Positions 1 through 11,075 of a stretch of 64,000 nt of DNA are shown in pieces. The first letter of the stretch is position 1. Every line of letters begins with the position of its first letter. Below the pieces are notes generated by a model. The model was given only the letters and a program-made list of their open reading frames with translations. It searched no databases and was not told the DNA's origin. Source of the stretch: Leucoraja ocellata. Taxonomy: Eukaryota. The DNA lies in NCBI GenBank assembly GCA_036785375.1, contig JAWMAR010000531.1, forward strand, positions 744,001 through 808,000. Reading direction: 5' to 3'. Position numbers and translations under genes: made by a program.

Positions 1-677
1 TAAGAACTGCTTAGAGAGCTGTTGATATTTTCCAACACTTGGTTGATGATTCAGAGTGGGTAACTATAGTTTATCTGTATCTATTGCTCAGTCGTTCGTT
101 GATATCATGTGGAGTACAACAGGGTTGCTGACATATACCATGTGGAGTACAACAGGCTGGCTTCAGCCAGTCTTTTGAAAAGCTCTCAAAAGGAAGCTGA
201 GATAGTCATCTACTTTGCACTTGTCGCTGAGCATACTTATGAATGCTTCAGCTACGTCTTTAGCATTTGGATGCTCTGCCATGGTTGAGAAAAGGATTGT
301 TTACGGTGAAGCTGTTCCAAAGCTGTCTAAATGTTCACCATGATTCAGGAAGATTTGATTTGTCAATTGTAGGATTGCTTAGCTATTTAGCCCTGTGTTT
401 AAGCTTCACTCGATTTGCATCTCATTTTGTGCATGCTTGTTATTGCCCATTCCTCATTGAACCAGGGTTAACCCCTTGGCTTGATTATAGCAAAAGAGTG
501 AAGTGCAATAGAGGTTACGTATTGTGATGATGTACATTCCAGCTGATGGTCTGCAGAACCTCAAAGCTCTGCATTTTAAAACATTGGCATTTATCCTCAT
601 CTGTCCCATTTGTCATGCCACACAAATAAGTTGGTTTGCTGACTACAAGCTGCAGAAGGTGCCATTACAGTCCCCTG

Positions 678-1933
678 CATGCATGCCACACATTTTACCC
701 AGTAATCCAGTTCGGGTTTTGGGCATCATGAGTACTGTACCCTTGATCGCCTGTTGTTATGTTACTTCAGTTTAGAATGCAAGCTGATCTGATATGCTGT
801 GTATGAGGCTCTCTCCTTGAAATCGTAATAAAAGGCTGATGGTTCACTCTCAACTGTAATGGATCGCTTACAAACATGGGGATAGAATTGGGATTCAAAC
901 CCACGCCTCCAATTGGAGCTTGCTGTAGCGTCCTTTCCCTAGCGTCCCAGGTCTGCAACCTGGATTTTTTCATTGTCCGAGGGGAAGTGCCCTCCTGGGC
1001 ATCGATGCATGCCATGATATGGGCCCGGTCACCTTCGGTAAAGCTGTGCACCAGCTGTCCTACTCAACAACTACTCTCACAGTACAAGGACCCTTTCAAG
1101 ACCATTGCATCAGCGAGATGCCAACACCCACAGACGTAACTGCTCTGCAATGATTTCTGGGCATGGCAAACTACCTGGGAAAGTTCATCCCAACTTCAGC
1201 AAACTCTCAGCCCCGCTGTGGCAGCTAACTCACAAGGACGTGCACTGGTCCTGGCACGAGCACCAACAGAGAGCGTTCGACACCCTCAAACAACAAATGT
1301 CTTGCGCTCCCATCCTCACCTGCTTCAAAGTTGTGTAGCCTGTCTTGCGATGCCTCCCAGTACTGGCTGGGTGCTGCCTGCCTACAAGACGATGGTAAGG
1401 GTCCCTGACCTGTCGGCTATGCCTCACTACTCCAGCCGCTGCCATTACAGTCCCCGCTTTCGCCCCAATACCTTCTCCTGTTCAATCCCCAGTGAAGGAA
1501 GATGAGGGTACTACCGTACACATTGGAAAATTCACAGGCTATGTGTGAACTGTGTACGACCTGCTTTATTTTACGCGCTTGCACGACGTATAAGTAAAGT
1601 GCACTCACCTTATACTGGTGTTTTACATTATATTCTGCCGTGTTTTTTTATTATGCATTGCTTCTTTAAGAGGAAGGATGTAGATTAACCATATTAATCC
1701 ATGCCTATATAATCTCCACTACACATATTATGCATGCCGCACATTCCACCTAATAATCCAGTCCGGGTTTTGGGCATCATGAGTACTGTACACTTGACAG
1801 CCTGTCGTTATTTACTGCAGTTTAGAACGTAAGCTGATCTGATATGCACGGCTGTGTTTGATGCTCTCTTCTTGAAATTGTAATAAAAGACTGATGGTTC
1901 ACTCTAGAATTTGTAATGGTTCTCTTACAAACA
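678..1933 (+). mobile_element. Internally deleted Ty3/Gypsy LTR retrotransposon (partial 5' LTR 678-876, PBS from 877, pol fragment, PPT, 3' LTR 1679-1933)
   Basis: Direct repeats ~680-876 and ~1732-1933 both end TTACAAACA and contain AATAAA. TGG follows the first repeat. Purine tract AAGAGGAAGGA precedes TG at 1679. Internal frames read FLGMANYLGK, PNFSKLSAPLWQLTHKDVHWSW and CDASQYWLGAACLQ (RT C-terminus and RNase H start). Confidence 0.85.
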
Positions 1934-1934
1934 G

Positions 1935-2235
1935 AGTCTCACCATGGTCACTCCCTTTTCTCCCACGTCCCATTAGGCAAGAGGTACAGAAGTGTGAAAA
2001 TGCATACCTCCAGATTCAGGGACAATTTCTTCCCAGCTGTTATCAAGCAATTGAACCATCCTATCAACAACTAGAGAGCGGTATTGAACTACTAACTACC
2101 TCAGACTATCTTTAATTAGACTTTACTGGAGTTGCACTAAACGTTATTCCATTTATCTGCACACTGTGAATGGTTAGCACGCAACAACAAGCCTTTCACT
2201 GTTCCTTGGTATACTTGACAATGAACTAAACTGAA
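1935..2235 (+). mobile_element. Rex1/Babar-like LINE 3' fragment
   Basis: Degenerate HGHSLFS..GKRYRS..TSRFRDNFFPAVIKQLN RT C-terminus followed by a short-repeat tail (AACTAAACTGAA). Confidence 0.6.
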
Positions 2236-3861
2236 CCATATGAACAGGAGCTGGGAGCCTGCAACTGCACGTATGGAGACCAATTTGGCATTCCAGGAGG
2301 TATGCAAGGTATCTATCCTTATCCAATTTACAGCAAAATGACTAGAATTCAGGTACTGTCATAAAGGTCCAGTTGTGTGATACGTTTATGTAAATCCCCC
2401 CTGAGATTAGTCACACTAAGACTGGATGTAATTAGGGTAGGCAGATGAGACTCTTTAAAGACACATTAAAGGCCTTCCTAAAATCTTCCCGTTTGAACTC
2501 AACACCTAGGTTGGAAGGATACCTGACATTGGGAGAATATTTGCACGGTGACCTTCAGTGAACATGAGATGTGGCACATGAAACAACATGATTCAACAGG
2601 CATTCTGTGTGTGAAGCTATACCTGAAAAATTAGGAACTGGACTTGTCACTCATTAGTGCACACCATATTGAATCCTCCATTGCTTCGACAAGGGATTTC
2701 ATCATCATTGCATTGGTATTTAGTTTCTCTCAATTTACTATTGATCCAAATCTGAGGCGGGATCTCTGATGATACAATGTTTACATTCATCCTAACCATC
2801 TAATGCAATTACTTACATTCAAGAATGTATGTTTTTCAAAAGGCAAGTGGAGAATGGCTTCTATTTGGCTTTGTTAATGTTGGCCAATTTTACTGTAAAG
2901 TACTGATGTTGTAACTCATAGACTGCTTGATGAAAGCTATCTACTTGCACAATTGTGTGGTAACCGTTTTAGCCAAGTGCTTCTGCTGAGTAAAAGAGAT
3001 GAAATGTAATAATTTAATTGTTATTTAGAAATTATGACGTGGTTTATACATCATTTGCCCTGACATGGAAATAGTGTGTGTTATGCTTGGTTCTGTACTG
3101 TAAACTTTAAATAAGAAAAGTGTCAAAACTGAGGGTGTTAAGTAGCAGGCAGTTGGCCAGAGGAAGTTCTGTTTTTGATTGATAAGCAAATAACTTGTTT
3201 TTGTTCAGTATCCGTTTTCTCAAAATGTTTCAAAATTCTGAATCACTTTTGAAGTCTGGATTCCACAGCTATGTCAGAAAAAAACCCAAGTTCAATCCCA
3301 AGCCATTTTACCATCAAAGTGGTACTTTTTTTTAAGTGTTATCACTTTTTTGTAAATGGAAAAACATGTAACTAATTTATGGACTTCATGCTATCTGCCG
3401 CAAGCAACAATGGGTAATGTGGCCAAATGTTCTGGATCAAGTATGGATTGTTTTATTATGTTGGCGAGGATAAAAATGGACTAAATTGGTAGAGAGTCTA
3501 TGCTGCACTTTTTGAAATTCAACAGATGTTTTCAATTCACATGAATATGATCTCTATTGTGGAGATCTGTGTCAACCCTCACTTCCTATCTCAAGGAAGC
3601 AATATTGATATTAATGTTATAATTTGGTTAAAACTTGGTTCAGAGACTTTACTTGGTACTTAACTAGCTTTAGTTGAAATATGCTCAGCAATCATAAAAT
3701 AATAATACAGCAGTTTCTGGTTGCAAAATCAGAAGTGATCTTCAAGTCTTTCAACTGGCCTGCTGCTCTACTTGGCTTCTGTCCAAAAGAGGAACCAAGC
3801 ATATTAGGTATGTAAAAATGGAGCTCCTTCACATGGTGGTAGTAGGTATTGCAATATTTCA

Positions 3862-3934
3862 GAGTCTGAAGAAGGCTCGAGAACCAGCGTTGCTGCCTGT
3901 CCCGCTGAGTTACTCCAGCATTTTGTGTCTCTCT
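3862..3934 (+). mobile_element. Minimal Penelope 3'-end insert with 13-bp TSD
   Basis: GTCTGAAGAAGG...CCCGCTGAGTTACTCCAGCATTTTGTGTC, flanked by TTGCAATATTTCA at 3849-3861 and 3935-3947. Confidence 0.7.
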
Positions 3935-4134
3935 TTGCAATATTTCAAGTTACTGTATTTCGCATTGCGGTTGCTGGTTTGTTTATTAGCTGTGAAACTC
4001 TTCGATGTGTAGCCCCATTATGGTTGAATGGTTCATATATTGCAATGCTTTTACTCTCAATTCTGAAATGAATTGTATTGCCTATGACAAAACTTTCTAT
4101 GATGTCCACCTGACCTGGGAAAGCATCAGCATTT

Positions 4135-4536
4135 TTATTTTTATTTTTATTTATTTAAATATTTTATTTATTAGAAGTAATGTACATTACAGTAATATAA
4201 GCCCAAAATAACATAATACATTTCCTGTACTACTTCTTGTTTTAAACTTTAAAAAGAAGGAAAGTAAAGAGAGTTAGATAGGATAGTAAGTGCGTGAAAG
4301 AGTGATCAAGAGAGACCCATAGAAACGTAAAACACGAAAAAGAGTTAAAAAGAAAACCAAAGAAAAAGAAAGCGAAAAATAGAGAACAGAAGATATAAGA
4401 AAGTAAAATAAGATAAAAGGGATATACCTACTTCGTATCTTTACACACCCCTCACCAGGTCCTGAAACCATTTGTTTTCAAAGTTATGTTGCACCCTATA
4501 CTTGTAATAAGTCGATAAATGGAGACCAAATCTTTT
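4135..4536 (-). mobile_element. 5'-truncated L1/Tx1-clade LINE with 17-bp TSD
   Basis: GGAAAGCATCAGCATTT at 4118-4134 and 4537-4553. Minus strand starts KIWSPFIDLLQV* (ORF2 C-terminal motif), then a 3'UTR and an A-rich (TAAA)n tail. Confidence 0.75.
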
Positions 4537-5349
4537 GGAAAGCATCAGCATTTCAAATAGACATATACAATTTTAAACAATTAAGTGTTTTAAAAGGAAA
4601 AATAAAGTTCAGACATCAATACAAAGCTTTCTGAACTACGGTCTTTCTTTATAAATTAGAAAATCAAATAATTGTCAATGAACTAGTTGTCCAGACTGGT
4701 TGGTCTTTTAAAACCGTGGTAAATCTTACAAAAGCAGTGGTATTTTATCCAGAGCTGCTGCTCCCAAGATATTTACAATTCATTTGAATTGTACTTGTGA
4801 GGGTTTGAAACTAGATTGTTTCTTCCCGTGAATCGATGGATGAGTCGCTGTCAAACACCACAGTCTGTCTGAGCAGACATGCTGGGGGCTCATTCCATTG
4901 CTTTATGTATGAAGAATATCCAGTCTTGAAAGCAATTCAGCCAACTCAAAACTGTTTTTCTGTGGCTGTAGACATAGATTAAAACAAATACGATTGGCTG
5001 TCAAAACAATTAAGATTTGGTTGTGCAGAAATTAAATGCTTTATAATCTCTTTGAAATTCCATCCCTTCACCCCACTCCTCTGCTGCCAGAATTAGCAAG
5101 GTTAAAACAATTGAACTGTAAAATATTATGGAGTAGACATGAACATTGGGCCTTTTTCTGTGCCAGCAAAATGTGCTCATTGTATTGTTCCTACTTCCCA
5201 GGTGTCCATTCATAGCTTTATTGGTTGCAATATTTCAGGTGATCTAACAGGCACCTAGTAAATGAAATAAGATTTCATTAATAAGGACTTTTCCACCCTG
5301 GGAGAACTTCAGTCCAATTGCTACTCTGGGAGGAGAAAACAAATCGTAG

Positions 5350-5790
5350 TGGCTATTGTTGTGGCTAACATTGTAGCCCTATGGAGAGAGCACTTTCTTT
5401 AGACCACTGCCACAACGGTTACTGTGGGACTCCCCTCTCACCAACTGCTGATGCTTCCTTTGCTTTGTCCGCTTTCAATTTCTCTCATTTTCTGTCCACT
5501 TTGCCTCTTTCCCCCACACCCCATCCACCACCGCCACTCCAACTCCCCCGGACTTGCAACATACTCCACCTTGGAAGTACTCGGCAACTGTGGGAGAGGA
5601 GAAGGCGATGGGATGGGGTGCGGACAAAGCGAAGGAAGAGCGGCAGTTGGTGAGAAGGGAAGGAGCCCCACGGTGACCGAGCGCATCCTGATGTTGGCAG
5701 CAGTCTTAGGAAAGTGCTGCCCAACTGTGGCTACAACATGAATCGCAACGACAGCCACAGCGTCTGGTGAGGAAGGGCTCGCTGGTGCAG
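5350..5790. repeat. Inverted-repeat element related to the internal part of the 37208-38065 transposon
   Basis: Arms ~5350-5434 and ~5665-5757 are diverged reverse complements. Core CAACATACTCCACCTTGGAAG recurs in reverse at ~37648-37668. Confidence 0.55.
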
Positions 5791-5989
5791 AGTTTTAAGA
5801 ACAAAGTGTTGGAATAACTCTGTAGACTGAATCAGTCTGAAGACGTGTCCCATCATCGCCTATCCATGTTCTCCAGAGATGCTGTCTGACCCGCTGAGTT
5901 ACTCCAGCACTTTGTGTCCTTTTGAGTATTAACCATAATTTGCAGTTCTTTCAATGATAATATATTTCTTGGTTAAATGTGAGCTTGAA

Positions 5990-7560
5990 TAAGCTTGGTT
6001 TATTCTCACTGGGGCAAAGTGTGGAGGGACCTAACAGAGGTTTATCAAATTATCAAGGATAAAGATTGTATATATGGTCAGAATCTTTTGCTCAGTCTAA
6101 GAGAGTCGAGAACTAGTGGGCACTGCTTTAAGGTGAGAAGGGTGAAATTAAAATGAGATCTGTTAAATAGGGTTTAAACACATAGGATGATTAATATCTG
6201 AAAAAAATCTGAGAGGAAGGAGGTGATGAAGCCAGATAGTTACAATGTTTAAAAAAAGTTTGGACAGGTGAAGAGGAACCTAATGTGGGAAAAATGGGAT
6301 TGGTGTAGTTAGGAATCGTGGTTTGCATGGACGTGTTGAGCTGAAAGGAGCTATTTCTGTGCATTTTGTGTCTACGTTTCAATGGATGCAATTGAATTTC
6401 CAGAAGATGTACACAAGGTTATCAAAAATTAATTACTTGTGGCTTTGAGTTAATAATTAACATAATTAGAGGTTTAGGTAACTAGCATAAAACAGAATAA
6501 ATGAAGAATATTTTTAGATTTACAAGCTGTGTTCAGCAGGGTACACTGAGATGAATGATGGACCTTAACTATTTCCAATCATTATTTACAACACAGATAA
6601 AATGATTGAATGTAAATACTGTACAGCTTGATTTGCTTCTGGTACAAACATAGGTAGGAAAACAAATTCAGATGCAAAGAGTCTGCAAAGGGATATAGAC
6701 AGGTTAAGTGAGGGTTGGTAGATAGTCTTATCTGACGATGTTTACTGTATTATTTAAATTAAGAGAACCTGCAGAATACTACTGTACAGAAGGATCTTGG
6801 TGTCCTCCAATATGAAAGAAAAGCTTAGCATGCAGTTTCAGTAAATAACTATAAAAACAAGTGGAATGTTAGCTTTTATTGCAATGGGGATGGAGTCTGA
6901 AAGTGGGGGAGCCTTGCTGCAACTTTACAGAACACTCGTGAAGTCATTCCGTGTTATTTCATTCAAAGGACATAAAAATGCTGGAGAAACTCAGCGGGTG
7001 CAGCAGCATCTATGGAGCGAAGGAGATAGGTAACGTTTCGGCCCGAAACGTTGCCTATTTCCTTCGCTCCATAGATGCTGCTGCACCCGCTGAGTTTCTC
7101 CAGCATTTTTGTGTACCTTCGATTTTCCAGCATCTGCAGTTCCTTCTTAAACACTTATTTCATACAATTCTGTTTTCTATTAATGGAAGGACAGACTTTC
7201 AATGAAGGCAGTTCAGAAAATATTTATTGTGGTTCAGAAGAAGGTGTTGTTTTAGACAGAAAGCTTGAGCAGATTGGGCTCTTGCTCAGTGGACTTTAGA
7301 AGAATGAATGTTGATTTTTATTGAAAATGTAACATTTTGAGCGATCTTGACAACGAGTTTACCCTCTGGGGAGAATCTAGGCCCTGGGCATAGTTTAAGA
7401 ATAAAAGGTTACTGTTGTAAGATTGAAATGAAAAGGACGTGCTACTTTCAGTACATCATGAATCTCCAGTTTTACACCCTAAGGAGCAGCAGGGGCTGCA
7501 TCATTGAATGTATTCCTTGCTAATAAACAGATTTTTAGGGGGGGTTTGAGGTTATGGGGA
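5990..7560 (+). mobile_element. Cluster of degenerate CR1 LINE fragments (RT and 3' regions), interrupted by a Penelope hairpin
   Basis: CR1-type motifs: AGAACTAGTGGGCACTGCTTTAAGGTGAGA; CTGCAAAGGGATATAGACAGGTTAAGTGAG (LQRDIDRLSE); GGAATGTTAGCTTTTATTGCAA. Confidence 0.65.
6962..7154. repeat. Near-perfect palindrome made of inverted Penelope 3' ends
   Basis: AAAAATGCTGGAGAAACTCAGCGGGTGCAGCAGCATCTATGGAGCGAAGG...AACGTTTCGGCCCGAAACGTT... is followed by its reverse complement. The ORF track shows the same peptide on both strands. Confidence 0.9.
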
Positions 7561-8299
7561 GCATGCATAAATGTGGAGCTGAAGTTAAGAAAAGATAAGC
7601 CCAAGATCATAAGAAATTTGGTTTGTGTTGTGTGCAAAATAACTGCTGCGTTTGTATGCTTGTTAATAGATCAGATTGACATCTGCCCTTCATCATATCT
7701 GAGGGATGTACTTCAAGCTGTGCTATTATTAATGTAATGTTATAAACAAACGTCCGCATAAAAATAATAACCACAAAATGGAGTCCCGATTCTTGTTAGC
7801 AAATGCTTAAATCAGATGAAACCTCTGCCAGCTGAATCACTTTGCCAGGCAGCCAGTGAATCCAAAAGGAACTGCTGGCTTTGAGCCATTTGTGCCCGAG
7901 GGTGTCTTTCAAAGTTAAATCTGAGATGCCCTGAAGGTTAGATGCCAGTGAACCTGATGACACACTGATTTGCTAAAGTGTGCATCTGAATGCAGTACAT
8001 CTACTCTCAGCTTTTCATCTGGGCAGGCTTTCAGATAAATGCAAATGATGGCTTTGTAGACCCAGTGAGCAAAAGGAAGTGCAGGTGAATTATTTAAAAA
8101 GTTGTAATTATTTATTGGCATTTTACTATGTTTTGAATACCATAAAATGCTTGAACATTTCTGAAAGAGGCTTGATTTTAGAAATTACATGCTTTTTTGT
8201 ATCTGACTACCAGAGCCATTTAAAAAAGTAGAATCTGTATCTCAGCCTTGAATACCCAATGAACTGTTACCAGGGCAGGGTGTTTTGGAAATATAGCTT

Positions 8300-8700
8300 C
8301 GGGAAATACCCGAGGAAGGATGTTGTTAAGGTGGAAAGAGTGCAGAGAAGATTTAGGATGATGTTGCCAGAACTTGGGAGGCCTGCGCTATATATAGAGG
8401 GAGTTTGGACTCTATTCTTTGGTGCACAGGAGATGAGGGATACAGTATAGAGGTGTATAAGATCATAAGAGGAATAGATAGGGTGGATCCATAGTCATTA
8501 ACCCAGAGTAGGGGAATCAAGAACCAGAGGACATAAGATTAAAGTGAGAGAGGGATAGATTTAATAGAAACCTGAGAGGCAACTTTTTTCACACAGAGGG
8601 TGTTGGTACATGGAATGAACTACCAGTGGAAGTAGTTGACACAGGTACAATAAAAAAAAATTGAAATCATTTAGACAGATACATGGACAGCAAATGATGT
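8300..8700 (+). mobile_element. CR1 LINE 3' fragment
   Basis: RKDVVKVERVQRRFRMMLP peptide and CR1 3' motifs (AGAACCAGAGGACAT; TTTTTCACACAGAGGGTG). Confidence 0.75.
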
Positions 8701-9904
8701 TGGTTTTAATGATGTTGGTTATGGGAGCTATTTTGGCAAGGATACCAGGGATATTATCCATATTATCTTGTAAAATACATTTTACATCCACCTGAGATAT
8801 CAGAAGGGTCCTGGCTTAACGTCTCTCTGAAAGACTCCATAGTCAACGGTGCAGCAGTCCCTCCGTACTACATTGTGTCACTGAAATTTCATGCTTGAAC
8901 ATTTACAGAGAGATGCCAACTCACTTTAAGAATCAAAGGTGAGAAGAATAATACCGCAGAAAGAGTTGAATTTAATTTAACCGAACGTGCCTACTCACAG
9001 TCTCGGGATACAATGGACATACTGTAGAGTAGGAAGAGGTTGCTGGGGAGTGCTAGAGTAAAAAATTCCCATTCCAGTGTTCATATATTTGTATTCAAAA
9101 AATTATCTACTTTTGTTTCTAATCTCACTTCTAGGAAAAGATCTCTGCGACATTCCCACGGTCAATTTCTTCACTCTGTCACTCTCCAACCCTTTTAGTT
9201 CTCATCTACATTGCTACGCTGAGCAATCTTTCCTGGACAGATCATGTTCCAATTGTATGCAGGTGATAGCTTTACAGCTCCACTATCTCAGACTTGCTGC
9301 AGATTTTAATCTAACCAATACCAATAAATATAAATTGTCCTTGGTCTTTGAACCCTTGCACAAACTCCATTTCCTTCACCATATCATTGGACACCATCTG
9401 AAACTTAGCCAGGTGGTTTAGAGGCTAGATATTATTTAATGGAACTGAATTGTTAACTGTGTACACAACTATGTTTATTTATATAAATTACACTAAAACT
9501 GTGTACACTGGTTTTCAACATTTTCAGTTCTGCCATTGCCTCAACTCGTGCTGCTGAGACCTTCATCCATGCCTTTGTTACCACTGTTCCAAAGTTGTCC
9601 TCGCCAATCTCCCTTTAGCCTACATTGACATGTATTGATCCAAAACAAGGCAGCCTTTGTTTTGTTGTTGTCTCTCATTCACCCACAATGCTTGTGTCAG
9701 CACGCCTAAATTGAGCTGCATTCCAAGAATGCCTTGATTTTTTAAAATTCTGATCAATGTGTTGCCTCAGTAGATTTGACCCTGCCATCCCTCAGAACAG
9801 CTCTTACAACTCCTTTCAACCTTTTAAACCTTCCAGATATCTTTGCATTACCAATTTTCTTGCATTCCCTGATTTTTATTGTTTTACTGTATCTTCAACT
9901 AGCA

Positions 9905-10121
9905 ATTGACTTCTCCAATTTCAGATAGTCCTTGCTTTTCTCCATCCTTCCCCTCCCCTTCCCAGCTCTACCACAGCCTACTGTCTCCGCCTCTTCTTAC
10001 TCCCCCCCCCCCCCCCCGCCCCCCACCTCCACATCTAAGAACGGTCTCGACCCGAAACATCACCTATTCCTTCGCTCCATAGATGCTGCCTCAACCATTG
10101 AGTTTCTCCAGCATTTTTGTC
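9905..10121 (+). mobile_element. 5'-truncated Penelope-like element, 15-bp TSD
   Basis: Begins at the ORF end (IDFSNFR*), continues through the pLTR. Flanked by TATCTTCAACTAGCA at 9890-9904 and 10122-10136. Confidence 0.8.
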
Positions 10122-10323
10122 TATCTTCAACTAGCATGTCACTAAGCTCTGGAATTTCCAGTCTAAAAATCTCTCTCCTTCATTGACACTACCTTTATGA
10201 CCAGGGTGTCTTCCTAATCTCTCGTCATGTGGTTTATTGTCAATTGTTTCTCAGGTTGTGTGTTGTAATAACATGCCAGATTTTGCTGGAAAGTTAATGT
10301 GATGCGAACAGTGCATACTTGAT

Positions 10324-11075
10324 GGTAGACAAAAATGCTGGAGAAACTCAGTGGGTGAGGCAGCATCTATGGAGCAAAGGATTAGGTGACGTTTCAGGTC
10401 GAGACCCTTCTTCAGACTGATGTGGGTGTAGCAGGGGCGGGAAGAAGAAAGGAAGAGGTGGAGACAGTAGGCTGTGGGAGAGCTGGGAAGGGGAGGGGAC
10501 AGAGGAAGAAAGCAAGGACTACCTGAAATTGGAGAAGTCAATGTTCATACCGCTGGGGTGTAAACTGCCCAAGTGAAATATGAGGTGCTGCTCCTCCAAT
10601 TCGCGGTGGGACTCACTCTGACCATGGAGGAGGCCCAGGACAGAAAGGTTGGATTCGGAATGGGAGGAGGAGTTGAAGTGCTGAGGCACCAGGAGATCAG
10701 GTTGGTTAATGCGAACTGAGGGGAGGTGTTGGGCGAAGCGATCGCCAAGCCTGCGCTTGGTCTCACTGCTGTAGAGCAGTGGACACCTAGAACAGCGGAT
10801 GCAATAGATGAGGTTGGAGGAGGTGCAGGTGAACCTCTGCCTCACCTGGAAAGACTGCTTGGGTCCTTGGATGGGGTCGAGGGGGGAGGTAAAGCGACAA
10901 GTGTAGCATTTCCTGCAGTTGCAAGAGAAAGTACCGGGGAGGGGGTGGGAAGGGACGAACTGACCAGGGAGTTAGAGGGAGCGGTCTCTGCAGAAAGCCG
11001 AAAGGGGAGGAGATGGGAAAATGTGGCCAGAGGTGAGATCCCGTTGGAGGTGACGAAAATGTCGAGGATTATCTT
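10324..11075 (-). mobile_element. Penelope-like retroelement 3' fragment (GIY-YIG endonuclease region plus pLTR with hammerhead motif)
   Basis: ORF 10519-10845 FTCTSSNLIYCIRCSRCPLLYSSETKRRLGDRFAQH...LGSLHPSGMNIDFSNFR matches the PLE GIY-YIG C-terminus. ATACTTGAT flanks it at 10315-10323 and 11076-11084. Confidence 0.85.
10384..10420 (-). ncRNA. Minimal type I hammerhead ribozyme motif in Penelope pLTR
   Basis: Minus strand TCAGT-CTGAAGA-A-GGGT-CTCG-ACCT-GAAAC-GTC-ACC: catalytic core, stem II and palindromic ACGU helix III are present; helix I is weak. Confidence 0.55.

Noticed and set aside
267-1608. Overlapping short ORFs as host genes
   Set aside because: Explained by the Gypsy remnant and older repeat sequence; no splice or protein-family support.
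5381-5758. Four overlapping ORFs in a GC-rich patch
   Set aside because: Stop-poor GC-rich repeat, also present at 37584-37883; no recognisable protein.
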